Source: Candidatus Omnitrophota bacterium
GTDB taxonomy: Bacteria; Omnitrophota; Gorgyraeia; Zapsychrales; JBDRMG01
Reading direction: 5' to 3'
NCBI GenBank assembly: GCA_043812495.1
Contig: JBDRMG010000047.1
Span: 43,771 to 107,770, forward strand
Length of the DNA stretch: 64,000 nucleotides
Below the pieces are notes generated by a model. It made no database searches and had not been told where the DNA came from. It saw only the letters and a program-made list of their open reading frames with translations. Made by a program: the position numbers and the translations under genes. This document shows, piece after piece, positions 53,754 through 63,754 of the stretch (the first letter of the stretch is position 1; the number at the start of each line of letters is the position of its first letter).

Positions 53754-53940
53754 TATTCTCCTTCGCCTTACTAATGGAACATAATGGTACAGGCTTCGGA
53801 GAATTATTCCGATGAGAATATTCTACGAAGTTCTCCTTCGCCAAGGCTACGGAGGAATCCTTCGAAGTCCGCCAATGAAACAATGGCGGACGAAGAAGGA
53901 CATATACTATTATTTCTATTGGTTATGCGAAGTAGAATAG
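53754..53940 (-). repeat. Family F doublet, copy 3, with two nested repeats
   Basis: Reverse complement matches 18011-18126 but carries an extra TCCTTCTTCG[TCCGCC..GGCGGA]CTTCGAAGGA and CTCCGTAGCCTTGGCGAAGGAG. Confidence 0.9.
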
Positions 53941-55463
53941 GATTCGCCTTTACTTTGGACAACGGGTATTTGGAAATGAAAAACAGTTCCTTGGCCGACT
54001 TGGCTTGTGACCCAGATTTTACCTTGATGGGCTTCAATAATTTTCTTGACAAGAGCTAAGCCCAAACCCGTTCCTTTGACGTTTTGATTGATTTCGTTTT
54101 CAACCCGGTAAAATTCATTAAAAAGTTGCGACAAATCTTCTTGTTTAATCCCGATGCCGGTATCACAAACGGTAAAATAGACGTTATAGTTTTCTCGTTG
54201 AATACGGATGGTGATTTGCCCGTTTGCAGGAGTAAACTTGATGGCATTGCTTAACAGATTGATCAGGACCCGCTCAAATTGACTTCGGTCAATGAAAACC
54301 GACGGAAGGTTGGGTTCGATTTGCGTGCTAAATGTGATATTCTTTTCTTTCATCTGCGGCAGGAGAAGATCGCGAATATAATCGAGCAGTTCGGCGATAT
54401 TTTGCTCTTGGACCTTCATCTCGACCCGGCCGGATTCTATGCGGGAAATATCCAAAAGATCGTTAATGAGGCTGACAAGATTATCGGAATGTTTATCGAT
54501 CTTGGCTAAGCGCTGCTTGACTTCCTCGGGAATTTCTCCCATTTTACCCGTAATCAAGATAGACGCGTATCCTTTGATAGAGGTCAGGGGTGTGCGTAAT
54601 TCATGAGAAACAGCGGAGACGAATTCAGACTTGGCTTTGCTGATGGTCTTGACTTCTTCCAGGGCCCTGGCTAGCTCACTGGTACGGTCTTGGATTTTTG
54701 ACTCCAGTTCTTGGCGGGACCGATAAACTTGCTCAAACAATTGAGCGTTTTCGAGAGACTGTCCAATTTGATGGGCCAAGATGGAAATGAGCTCCTCGTC
54801 TCCTTCGGTAATGGGGGGCCGTTCGCTGCCGTTGCCGACAAAAAGGATTCCGATCATTCCGTCCTGCGAAAGGATGGGAATGCAGATAAAATGGTCCACC
54901 TTGAAAAATTGAGCAATTTTTTCTTTCTTCTGTTTAGGCGAAGTCGCTGATGAAAATGTTCGTCCCTCCCGTAAGGATGTATAAATAGAATTTTCTTTTG
55001 TTAGATGATGAAGGGCTTCGAGGGCTTCTTCTTTCGAAAGACCTAAGGCCAGTCGGGGATAAAGTTCTTTTTTCTCATCCAGCATGCAAACGGTGGTCTT
55101 CTCAAAACCCAATTCGGTGACAAGAGACCTGGCCAGGCGTTGGAATATCTCATCCGCGTCGAGCGTTGTGCTGATTAAACGAGATGTTTTTTGCAGAGCA
55201 TTTAAAGCGGCTAATCGCTTATCCAGCTCTTCCTGCGTTTTATTGAGCTCAAGATCTGTTTTAACGATCAATTTGGCCTGCTCGTCTAAATCATCGAAAG
55301 AACGTTTTAGTTTGTTGATTTGGAGGCGAAGCTGTCGAGCCTGCTCTGCTTTATTGAGAAAGGCTAAGACGAACACGGTAATCGTCACGAGGCCCAAAAA
55401 ACCAAAAATGCCGGCCGAATTGTTGATCTGGATTTGATTAAAGAAATTCGTCAGGATATCCAT
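53916..55463 (-). CDS. Membrane-anchored GAF-domain sensor histidine kinase
   Basis: TM, coiled coil, GAF, SHELRTPL, NLLSNAIKFT, DTGIG, GTGLGL. Confidence 0.95.
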   Translation of the reverse strand: MDILTNFFNQIQINNSAGIFGFLGLVTITVFVLAFLNKAEQARQLRLQINKLKRSFDDLDEQAKLIVKTDLELNKTQEELDKRLAALNALQKTSRLISTTLDADEIFQRLARSLVTELGFEKTTVCMLDEKKELYPRLALGLSKEEALEALHHLTKENSIYTSLREGRTFSSATSPKQKKEKIAQFFKVDHFICIPILSQDGMIGILFVGNGSERPPITEGDEELISILAHQIGQSLENAQLFEQVYRSRQELESKIQDRTSELARALEEVKTISKAKSEFVSAVSHELRTPLTSIKGYASILITGKMGEIPEEVKQRLAKIDKHSDNLVSLINDLLDISRIESGRVEMKVQEQNIAELLDYIRDLLLPQMKEKNITFSTQIEPNLPSVFIDRSQFERVLINLLSNAIKFTPANGQITIRIQRENYNVYFTVCDTGIGIKQEDLSQLFNEFYRVENEINQNVKGTGLGLALVKKIIEAHQGKIWVTSQVGQGTVFHFQIPVVQSKGESYSTSHNQ

Positions 55464-55558
55464 TTAATGAGGTTTGCGCTTATGGACCCCGCTCACCGGA
55501 GTTGTTAAACAATTTCGGTGGGCGGGGGTTAAGCAAATGCAATCATAATATTTCAACA

Positions 55559-56746
55559 TTATACGATGCCCGCAATCGTTATGGTTTCATTGAGCAAATG
55601 AGCAGATCCGAAGCGCTCAAGGGACTTGACAGGCGCAATTTCACCGTAGGTGTACATGCCGATGAGCGGAGTATCCGTGCCGAGAATTTCTTTGACCATT
55701 TGAATTTCTTGAATCGCCGAGCGCCGGAGTATTTTATTTCTTGAGAATGACTCGAAAATAATAATGAGTTTCGGCGTTTTGCCCAAAAGGGCGTCTTTGA
55801 CTTCTTGCGCGGCCTCAAGAGCCGCCCGCTTACAGAAGTCTTTGTTGCCAATCATGATGTGAACCTCAGACCCCTGAGGCACGTTACCTTGACATATAAT
55901 ACTCCCATCGGGTCTAACCTCCAAAGCATTTCTTAACAGATACTCACTTTCTCCCTCGATATAAATTCCCAAGGGATGCAGATAAGCCTTTTGAGCGAAT
56001 GAACCGGAGCGTAAATCACTCAGATCCGTTCCAAAAAATTCTTCATAGAGACTAGAGGCTCTTTTTCCGTCAATTTGCTTGATCACCGACCCTTCTGTGC
56101 GGTCGGCGAATCGGGGTTTTCCTAACGGCTTCCAGCCATGCTTACTGCCTATCCCGACGCTTATGTGTCCGCCCATCAAAAGACCCACGGCGGAATCATT
56201 CATCGATTGATCTTGGAAATATTGATAGGTTTCTTGAAAGCGAAAATTATCGCTTGTTCCCGCGCCGATGATAGGAAAGACATTGCCGAGAATTTCTTGG
56301 GCCCCTTTCACAAGAAGTGAGCCGTCTCTCAGTAATCCGTCGCTTAAGAGAAGAAAGATGCTGCGATGGGAAGAACTGAAATCACTCACCGTATTTCTTG
56401 CCAAAGAATTGCCGGCAATATGAAGATCTTGTCCTCGAATGTCTCGGGTATGACCTATGCCGAATTGGACATCTTTCGATGCGAGGGCAAGAACAGCAAT
56501 GCCTTGCGTTTCAATGGATTCAGACAGAAGGATACCGGCCGTCGAACCGCCGATAATTCTGCTTGGATTCAATGTTCTTTGAACAGTATGTAAGGTTTCG
56601 AGAGGGTTATAATGAACGGTTGAGAAAACAATCGCGCAGTCGATATGATCTTGCCTTGACTGAGTCAGGGCCTGGAAGGCGGCCTCTCGCGCGGCCGTAG
56701 AGGTTTGCGTTTCTTGGCTAAAACCTATGCCGATTTCAATGGACAC
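55559..56746 (-). CDS. FIST N/C domain protein
   Basis: IG.STAG, P.IGAG..D, HGWKP.G, GMYTYGEI, NETI. Confidence 0.9.
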   Translation of the reverse strand: MSIEIGIGFSQETQTSTAAREAAFQALTQSRQDHIDCAIVFSTVHYNPLETLHTVQRTLNPSRIIGGSTAGILLSESIETQGIAVLALASKDVQFGIGHTRDIRGQDLHIAGNSLARNTVSDFSSSHRSIFLLLSDGLLRDGSLLVKGAQEILGNVFPIIGAGTSDNFRFQETYQYFQDQSMNDSAVGLLMGGHISVGIGSKHGWKPLGKPRFADRTEGSVIKQIDGKRASSLYEEFFGTDLSDLRSGSFAQKAYLHPLGIYIEGESEYLLRNALEVRPDGSIICQGNVPQGSEVHIMIGNKDFCKRAALEAAQEVKDALLGKTPKLIIIFESFSRNKILRRSAIQEIQMVKEILGTDTPLIGMYTYGEIAPVKSLERFGSAHLLNETITIAGIV

Positions 56747-56953
56747 CTAAAGCAAAGCTCCTCATGATGACGCCTATGTCGATGGGCTATTAAAAAACAG
56801 AATATTTTTCATTCTATCTTCTAACTATAACAGTGTCAATAATTTTTGTTGACCATAGAGAGGATTATGATATTATTTATGGGTTGATTACACAGATTTT
56901 AATGGATTACACAGATCAAAACGGATTGTTTTATAATCTGTGTAATCATTTGA

Positions 56954-57031
56954 GGCCCCGTCGTCTAGCCTGGTCCAGGACAGATGGTTCTCAGCCATCA
57001 GACGCGGGTTCAAATCCCGCCGGGGCTACCA
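56954..57031 (+). tRNA. tRNA-Glu(CTC)
   Basis: GGCCCCG/CGGGGCT-ACCA, GTCTAG..GG, anticodon stem-loop GATGG-TTCTCAG-CCATC, GGTTCAAATCC. Confidence 0.95.
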
Positions 57032-57336
57032 GAAATCTGCCTCTCTTTAGGGTAAGAGAGATTGTTTGGGCCCCGCCATTGTTCCAATGGCGGGGCCCTT
57101 TTAACGCTTTCCCCCTCAAAAGGTTACAACATTCCGTTTATTAGCTCACCAAAGTTATTTAATTACAAAGCACCTGCTTTAAAATCCTCTCTGAAATAAT
57201 CGGCTTTATCTCATAAAATGCCGAAAACATCTCACATATAATGGCTCGTATATAATCAAAAATTTGTTCTTATTTGGAAGATTTTCGACGAGTTTGAGGG
57301 CATTATATAGGAATTTTCAATCAGAGAGGAATTCTA

Positions 57337-58959
57337 TTACTTCTCGGCAGGATTTTTGAAAAGCACTTGCCACATTTCTTTTTGTTTTGCCCAGCTCATT
57401 TGGCGGGAGATTTCATTGATTTTGTATTCGGGGACGGAAAAGAGACTTTCATTTTCGTCTAAAAGGATTTCCTCTTGAATGTCCGGCGCAAGCAAAAGAA
57501 GATTCATGACAACGTAAACTTTGATATTGCTCATGTTCAAACAATTGGCCATTTGCTTCAAATCTTTGACCCGGCCTTCGGATATTACCTTTTGTATCTG
57601 ATGAGCCAGAATTAAGTTTTGCTTTAACTTCGGTTCTTTGTTGATTTTCTCTTGGTTTAAAAATGAAGGCTGATTTTTAAGATCCTTTATATCAACCGGA
57701 AACTCATATTTTCTGATACCTTCTCTCAATGCGATCTCCAAAATCTGTTTTTTCCAATCATAACTTGCCTCTTTAATGATTGACTTTAGGATGGGAATTT
57801 TTTCTTTAAGCGTCAACAATTCCCACGTCTTTGCGTCAAGCTTAGGGAAGGACGCCGTGGCTCTCAAAAGCTCGACGATCTTTTCTTCAATCTTCCTGGC
57901 ATTGACCAGGCGTACAGGGCAGCTTTGATAGCCTCGCTTAATGGCATTTATGCAAAGATAATAGTGATATTTGTATTTGTCTTCTTTGACTTGATACGTA
58001 AAATACATCGCGCAGTTGCAGGATTTGCAGCGTAAGATTCCACTTAACAAGCCCACATGTTTATTTGTCTTGGCCATGCTCCATTCGGGTTTGTTTTTGG
58101 CGAGCATCTCTTGAGCCTTTTGAAAGATTTCCTCGGAAACAATAGCTTCTTGTTCTCCCGGATACAGTATATCCAGATGCTGAACTTTACCCATATAAAG
58201 GACATTCCTGAGAAGGCGTTGGACGCTGGAAATCTTAAAGGTAATACCGCCGAAACTTTTTCCCTTTTTGGATTCGTGCAATTTTGTCAAATACCCCTTC
58301 TCATTAAGAATTTTTGTAACAGCCATGATGGAGCATTTTTCAAGGTATAAGTCAAATATCTCCCGTACGATTTCAGCTTCTTTGGGATTGATGATGAGCT
58401 TGCGTTCTTTCTTATCGACATCATAACCTAAGGGAGGGTGCCCGCCGAGCCACTTACCTTTTCTTTTAGCAGCGCACATCTTGTCACGGGTGCGCTCCGA
58501 GATAATTTCGCGTTCGAATTGGGCGAAGGACAGAAGAATATTAAGTGTAAGCCTTCCCATCGAGTTTTGCGTATTAAAATGCTGAGTTACAGATACAAAA
58601 GTAATATTATTCTCTTCGAATATGGACAACAATTCGGCAAAATCAAGAAGCGAGCGAGAGAGACGGTCAACTTTGTAGACAACGACACAGTTAACCGTTC
58701 CGGCTTTAATGTCAGCCATAAGCTTTTGAAGAGCGGGCCTGTCTGTGTTGGCGCCTGTAAAACCACCGTCGTCATATTTTTCTGGCAGGCAAATCCAACC
58801 GGAATTCTTCTGGCTGGCAATGTAGCTTTCACAGGATTCACGCTGGGCATCCAGCGTAGTAAAGTCACGCTCAAGCCCATCACTGATTGATTTCCGCGTA
58901 TAAATGGCACAGCGGATAATCGGTTTTTCTTGTTGTTCCTCTTTTTGCTTAACGTTCAT
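57337..58959 (-). CDS. Large serine recombinase
   Basis: AIYTRKS catalytic motif, YDDGGFTG...RPALQ, DRLSRS, recombinase domain, C..C Zn ribbon, extended C-terminus. Confidence 0.95.
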   Translation of the reverse strand: MNVKQKEEQQEKPIIRCAIYTRKSISDGLERDFTTLDAQRESCESYIASQKNSGWICLPEKYDDGGFTGANTDRPALQKLMADIKAGTVNCVVVYKVDRLSRSLLDFAELLSIFEENNITFVSVTQHFNTQNSMGRLTLNILLSFAQFEREIISERTRDKMCAAKRKGKWLGGHPPLGYDVDKKERKLIINPKEAEIVREIFDLYLEKCSIMAVTKILNEKGYLTKLHESKKGKSFGGITFKISSVQRLLRNVLYMGKVQHLDILYPGEQEAIVSEEIFQKAQEMLAKNKPEWSMAKTNKHVGLLSGILRCKSCNCAMYFTYQVKEDKYKYHYYLCINAIKRGYQSCPVRLVNARKIEEKIVELLRATASFPKLDAKTWELLTLKEKIPILKSIIKEASYDWKKQILEIALREGIRKYEFPVDIKDLKNQPSFLNQEKINKEPKLKQNLILAHQIQKVISEGRVKDLKQMANCLNMSNIKVYVVMNLLLLAPDIQEEILLDENESLFSVPEYKINEISRQMSWAKQKEMWQVLFKNPAEK

Positions 58960-58967
58960 AATGATTT

Positions 58968-59438
58968 TTAAAGGTTAAAGAAACAATACCCGTTCCAATG
59001 CGCGCCGGTAATTTCTTTGGCAATGGCCGAGAGATGTTTATAGATTTTTCCGTTATGCTCAAAGCCGTCTTCCAAAACCTTAACCTCTATTTTCTTGCCC
59101 TTATATTCCTTCATGATGATGCTTCCCGGAATAGGGAGGCGGTTGTCCCGCGTGCGCCCTTTTGTTTTCCCGTCAGCTTCAGGGCTTGGCTTTAGCCTTA
59201 AGGCTTTATTATTAACAGGGTCGTAGGCTTTTATAAATTCATTAAGCCTTGTTTGCGCATTTTCTGATAAACTGCCGTATTCAAGCTCTTGAAGGCGGTA
59301 GGCAAGCCTTCGTATCAAAAAGACCTTATTATCTGAAGTGGCTTTCTGGCCGTCAAAAAGCGCCCTATACTCTTTCTGGAGATCAGGAACCGCCATATTT
59401 TCAAAGGCTTTTATTCTTTCTTCAATTATCTCTGTCAT
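58968..59438 (-). CDS. DUF2924 domain protein
   Basis: LAYRLQEL.YG.L, PGS.I.KEYKG, HLSAIAKEITGAHWNG..FF; probable start MTEII. Confidence 0.88.
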   Translation of the reverse strand: MTEIIEERIKAFENMAVPDLQKEYRALFDGQKATSDNKVFLIRRLAYRLQELEYGSLSENAQTRLNEFIKAYDPVNNKALRLKPSPEADGKTKGRTRDNRLPIPGSIIMKEYKGKKIEVKVLEDGFEHNGKIYKHLSAIAKEITGAHWNGYCFFNL

Positions 59439-59560
59439 CGGATTTTCCCTTACGCATATAGGGCCATACAATTCGAGAGATAGCAAGGGATATTTGAAGC
59501 TTTTGAAGTAAGAATAAAATAATTGACAAGGTGTATGTCTAGGTGTATGCTATTGTATGT

Positions 59561-60184
59561 ATGAAAGTAATGACAATGTCAAGTAGAGAATTAGCAGCCA
59601 TTCGCGAAATTCGCAATTCCCTCATGCATAGAGGAAGAGTCCCGTCTATTCGAGAGTTGATGAATTCATTAGGGTATCGATCCCCACGCTCTGCGGCAGT
59701 AATTTATGAGAATTTAATTGAAAAAGGTGTTTTGCGTCGAAAGCGTGACGGTAGTTTTCAATTTGTAAAAGGACTCGAAGACGATACGATTCGAGCACAA
59801 ACTGTCGATGTACCTTTAGTGGGAAGTATTTTTTGCGGCGTTCCGATACTTGCAGAAGAAAATGTCGAAGCTATGATTCCAGTTTCGACTAAATTGGCCA
59901 AGCCATCGAATAAATATTTTTTGTTAAGAGCTAAAGGCGATTCGATGGATCAAAAGGGCATTAACGATGGCGATTTACTTTTAATTCGACAACAGGCAAC
60001 AGCAGAAAATGGTGATATAGTGGTAGCGTTGATTGATGATGAGGCAACGGTGAAGGAGTTTCATGCAAACGGAGAAACGGTCATTTTGAAACCGCACTCG
60101 CGCAACAAGAAACATCAACCGATTGTTTTAACAAGGGATTTTCAGGTACAAGGAGTTATGATAACAGCAATACCGAATGTATAA
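59561..60184 (+). CDS. lexA: Island-borne LexA-like S24 repressor
   Basis: PSIREL HTH, VGSIFCG (Cys-Gly cleavage position), GDSM, ATVK; start codon uncertain. Confidence 0.85.
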   Translation: MKVMTMSSRELAAIREIRNSLMHRGRVPSIRELMNSLGYRSPRSAAVIYENLIEKGVLRRKRDGSFQFVKGLEDDTIRAQTVDVPLVGSIFCGVPILAEENVEAMIPVSTKLAKPSNKYFLLRAKGDSMDQKGINDGDLLLIRQQATAENGDIVVALIDDEATVKEFHANGETVILKPHSRNKKHQPIVLTRDFQVQGVMITAIPNV

Positions 60185-60265
60185 AAAATAATTTTAACCA
60201 GATTTCAATGTGTAGCATCCCTTTTCAATTTCCCCTCTGCACATTGGTAATGAGAGGAGAAAGAT

Positions 60266-62002
60266 ATGAGTTTAGAAATAACAACAAGCGTTGGGGATGC
60301 TAAACAGAATAATCAATTAATTGAAGGAGAGGCGGTAAAATTGAATTCAGTTTTAGTTGAAACGAGCAATCTGATCGATGATCGTAATCGACGTATAAAA
60401 GATTTTTTTATTGATTCGGTTAAACAAGGTCATTCTTCAGAATCAATTGTCGATCTTTTTGAGCGTTCTTTAGAGAAATTTGAGCGCAAGGATATGGGGC
60501 AGTACTATACTCCCAAGACCATAGTTGAGTACATAATTTCTCAGCTCAACATTCGACAAGATTCAAAAATCTTAGATCCTTCCTGTGGTTGCGGTTCATT
60601 TCTTTTAACTGTTTTTGACAGATTCAAAGAAAAACATGGTACGGAATTCTTGAAAAATATTTATGGGGTTGATATTAACGAAGACGCCGCAAATATGACA
60701 CGTCTTTGTTTGCACATGAAGGCAGGCTTTAATAGAAAATATATTCCTGTAATCAAACAAAACATAAAATCAGGAAACAGCCTAGTTTCAAATTCATTAC
60801 TGAATAAGCAAGCGTTTAATTGGAAGGATGAATATGCGGAAGTTTTGAATGAAGGTGGTTTTGACTTTATTATAGGGAATCCGCCGTATGTAACTTTAAG
60901 AAACTCCAAGGATTTTGATTCTTCGGAATCAATATATAGGCAAATTATCGGTGGGCCGGTCAATGCCGCGACTCTTATGATCGGACGTTCACTCGAATTG
61001 TTAAGGGATCAAGGTGTGCTTGCATTTTTATTGCCGAAATCTATCCTTTATGTCGATTCCTATCAGAAATTGCGTGACTATTTAAGTCACAATACAGATA
61101 TTTTACAGATTTATGATCTAGGCTCAAAATTTAAGGATGTCCGAGGAGAACAATTTATTCTTTTTGTTAAAAAGAAAGCAAATACTATCAATGGTAGTGT
61201 AAAAATTTGTGTGTTTACTGACAGAAACAAGTCGATGACGCAGCAGACGCACATAGACATTTACCACAAAGATCTTGTTCGTATGCCGAGATTTTATACA
61301 TACGAATTACAGAAGCATTATAGCTTAATTTCCAAGCTGGCTGGGATTGGATCAGAGTTGAGGGAAATCGTGAATGATAAAATATTTAGAGGGTTGCCTA
61401 TCGGTGGAAATCGTGCCGAACAGAAAAGTAATACCGGATACGAAAAAGTAATCCGAGGAAGGGATATAGCGAAATTCAGATTAAAGCCTCTGCCATTTAT
61501 GAAGAGAGATCTTCTGGAAAGGCAGAGTAAAATAAAAATAAATGAAATTAGACAAAAGAAGGTAGTCTTACAAAATATTTTTTCATCAGAGGCAGGCGTA
61601 ATAGCGGCTTATGATCCTAATAAATTATTAAACCTTGATACCGTAACAAACATCATTGTTAAGAGTGATGATGAGGGGAAATATTTCCTTGCATTATTAA
61701 ACTCAAAACTAATCAATTTCTATATTATGTATGCGTTATTTAATAGATCAAAATTGACGATGCACCTTGATAAATCTTACATTGGCTCAATCCCGATTAT
61801 TCCCAATCCGAGTCAATCTGTTCTTAGCAGATTAAAAGGGATTGTCGACTTGCTGGATAAAACAGAAGATAAAGGAGTACAGAAGCAAAAAAATAAAGAG
61901 ATTGATAAAATTGTCTATGACCTTTATGATTTAAAGAAACAAGAGATCCAATTAATAGAAGATGCTGTAAATAAGATGCTTTCTCCAAAAAGTCTATGGT
62001 AA
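60266..62002 (+). CDS. Gamma-class N6-adenine DNA methyltransferase (TaqI/Eco57I-like, C-terminal TRD)
   Basis: GQYYTP, LDPSCGCGSF, IIGNPPY, LLNSKL, IDKIVYDLY. Confidence 0.9.
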   Translation: MSLEITTSVGDAKQNNQLIEGEAVKLNSVLVETSNLIDDRNRRIKDFFIDSVKQGHSSESIVDLFERSLEKFERKDMGQYYTPKTIVEYIISQLNIRQDSKILDPSCGCGSFLLTVFDRFKEKHGTEFLKNIYGVDINEDAANMTRLCLHMKAGFNRKYIPVIKQNIKSGNSLVSNSLLNKQAFNWKDEYAEVLNEGGFDFIIGNPPYVTLRNSKDFDSSESIYRQIIGGPVNAATLMIGRSLELLRDQGVLAFLLPKSILYVDSYQKLRDYLSHNTDILQIYDLGSKFKDVRGEQFILFVKKKANTINGSVKICVFTDRNKSMTQQTHIDIYHKDLVRMPRFYTYELQKHYSLISKLAGIGSELREIVNDKIFRGLPIGGNRAEQKSNTGYEKVIRGRDIAKFRLKPLPFMKRDLLERQSKIKINEIRQKKVVLQNIFSSEAGVIAAYDPNKLLNLDTVTNIIVKSDDEGKYFLALLNSKLINFYIMYALFNRSKLTMHLDKSYIGSIPIIPNPSQSVLSRLKGIVDLLDKTEDKGVQKQKNKEIDKIVYDLYDLKKQEIQLIEDAVNKMLSPKSLW

Positions 62003-62796
62003 TAAAAAGTTCGACAAGATACAACGAGTTAACAGGTAAAGAATGGCTTCAATATTCCTTCAGCATTTGGCGGGATATTCGCAAAAGCGATGATGAAAGG
62101 AATATTAAGCATCCCGCCATGTTTCCTTCCGCACTTGCCGAGAAAGTTATCAAGACTTATACTCGTGAGAACGATGCCGTGTTGGATCCGTTTATGGGTA
62201 TTGGCAGTACCATTATTGCCGCATACAAACAGAATCGAAAGGCAATCGGCATAGATTTATCAAAGGAGTTTATAAGCTTAGCAAACCGACGCTTGAAAGA
62301 GCTGAAGGGAGCTTTAAATAATAAAAAAATAAAAGTCATTAATGCAGATGCTCGGCACTTGAAAGAACATTTGAAGGATCAAGAAATTGATCTTTGCGTT
62401 ACTTCTCCGCCTTATTGGGATATTCTCAATATGCGAAGAACGGCTGATGGAAAAACAATAAAGAACTATGGTAAGGATAAAACCGATTTAGGAAATATCG
62501 ATAATTATGAACAATTTTTGTCTGAATTAATTCAAATCTTTTCAGGCGTATATGATGTTTTGAAGACCGGTGGCCATTGCGTGGTTGTGGTTATGGATAT
62601 CAGAAAAAAGGATAAATTTTATCCGCTTCATTCTGATCTAGCCGAAAAAATGAAAAGCATTGGCTTCACCTTTGAAGATATAATCATCTGGGACAGACAA
62701 CATGAATATAACAATATGAAACCATTGGGCTGGCCCTCGGTGTTCCGGGTCAACAAAGTCCATGAATATGTTTTAATTTTTAGGAAACGTAAATAA
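61996..62796 (+). CDS. Amino-DNA methyltransferase, probably N4-cytosine
   Basis: HPAMFP, VLDPFMGIGST (motif I) preceding VTSPPY (motif IV), HEYVLIFRK. Confidence 0.88.
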   Translation: MVIKSSTRYNELTGKEWLQYSFSIWRDIRKSDDERNIKHPAMFPSALAEKVIKTYTRENDAVLDPFMGIGSTIIAAYKQNRKAIGIDLSKEFISLANRRLKELKGALNNKKIKVINADARHLKEHLKDQEIDLCVTSPPYWDILNMRRTADGKTIKNYGKDKTDLGNIDNYEQFLSELIQIFSGVYDVLKTGGHCVVVVMDIRKKDKFYPLHSDLAEKMKSIGFTFEDIIIWDRQHEYNNMKPLGWPSVFRVNKVHEYVLIFRKRK

Positions 62797-63752
62797 TGAA
62801 TAATCCAGAATTGGCATATCTTTTAGGCATGCTTGCAGGAAAGGGTTTCATTAAGAGAGGAGAATCAACAACTGACATCTTAATTGAAATTCCTCACAAA
62901 AATTTAATTGTAGAGGATAAAGATGCGCAGCTTTCCGTCAAGGCGAGCTTAGATGACTTCCGAAACAACATCGAACCTTTAATTAGCGTTTCCGTTAGAA
63001 CTATCCAAGAGCGTATAAGGACAATCATCAAATTTTCTAAGCTCAACGAAGATTTTTTGATAAGGGAAATTAATCGTCATTATAGGAATAAAAGCGAGTG
63101 GAAAGATTTTAGAATTCCTAAGGATATTTTCTCAGCATCTTCAGATATAAAAAAAGAATTTTTGATTGGGCTATCCGATGTCACAGCCCATATTGGTCAT
63201 GGGGGCGAGGCATATGGTTACTCTCATGCTCACAGAGTGTTTGTGGAAATACCAGTGAATTGGTACTTGGCCGTTGATATCTGTAATTTATTGGCTGATT
63301 TGGATATTCCTGTTCAGAATATTGATTGGGGTCATCCAAATATGAGGGATGGCAATCTAAAAAAATATAGAGAGGGCAAAAAGAATTTTTGGAACAAGGA
63401 ACACCAGATTAAGATTTTTGCTGAGCTTTATGAAAAGATTGGATTCAGAATTATCCATAAAATGGAAATCTTAAAGAAGTTGGCTGATAAAAACCGTAGC
63501 GAATGGGATAAAGATCGAAGAAAAAAGGCGTCACGCGCTAAAAATGAGAAGACTAAAGAAAAATTCCTTTCGCAAGTTGGAAAGGTTGAAGAACAGCATA
63601 AGAAGTTCTATTGGGATGTTAAGAGGCTTGTAAGGAAGTCCAGGTCAGCTCATCCGATGGAAAAGAGTGAGTTGCTGCCTCCGGAAATCAGAGGAAAACA
63701 TTTTAATCATTGGACCGAGATTGCAGAAATCTTAGGTTATAAACCACGATAG
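62796..63752 (+). CDS. Degenerate two-motif LAGLIDADG-like protein
   Basis: ELAYLLGMLAGKG and IPKDIF...IKKEFLIGLSDVTA resemble the two LAGLIDADG helices; F.EKIGF-like segment follows. Confidence 0.6.
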   Translation: MNNPELAYLLGMLAGKGFIKRGESTTDILIEIPHKNLIVEDKDAQLSVKASLDDFRNNIEPLISVSVRTIQERIRTIIKFSKLNEDFLIREINRHYRNKSEWKDFRIPKDIFSASSDIKKEFLIGLSDVTAHIGHGGEAYGYSHAHRVFVEIPVNWYLAVDICNLLADLDIPVQNIDWGHPNMRDGNLKKYREGKKNFWNKEHQIKIFAELYEKIGFRIIHKMEILKKLADKNRSEWDKDRRKKASRAKNEKTKEKFLSQVGKVEEQHKKFYWDVKRLVRKSRSAHPMEKSELLPPEIRGKHFNHWTEIAEILGYKPR

Positions 63753-63754
63753 GC

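Noticed and set aside
56833-57144. 103-aa ORF
   Set aside because: It overlaps tRNA-Glu and flanking repeats.
62796-63752. Intein or group I intron homing endonuclease
   Set aside because: Free-standing ORF with its own start and stop, no splicing motifs or interrupted host gene, and catalytic acidic residues appear lost.
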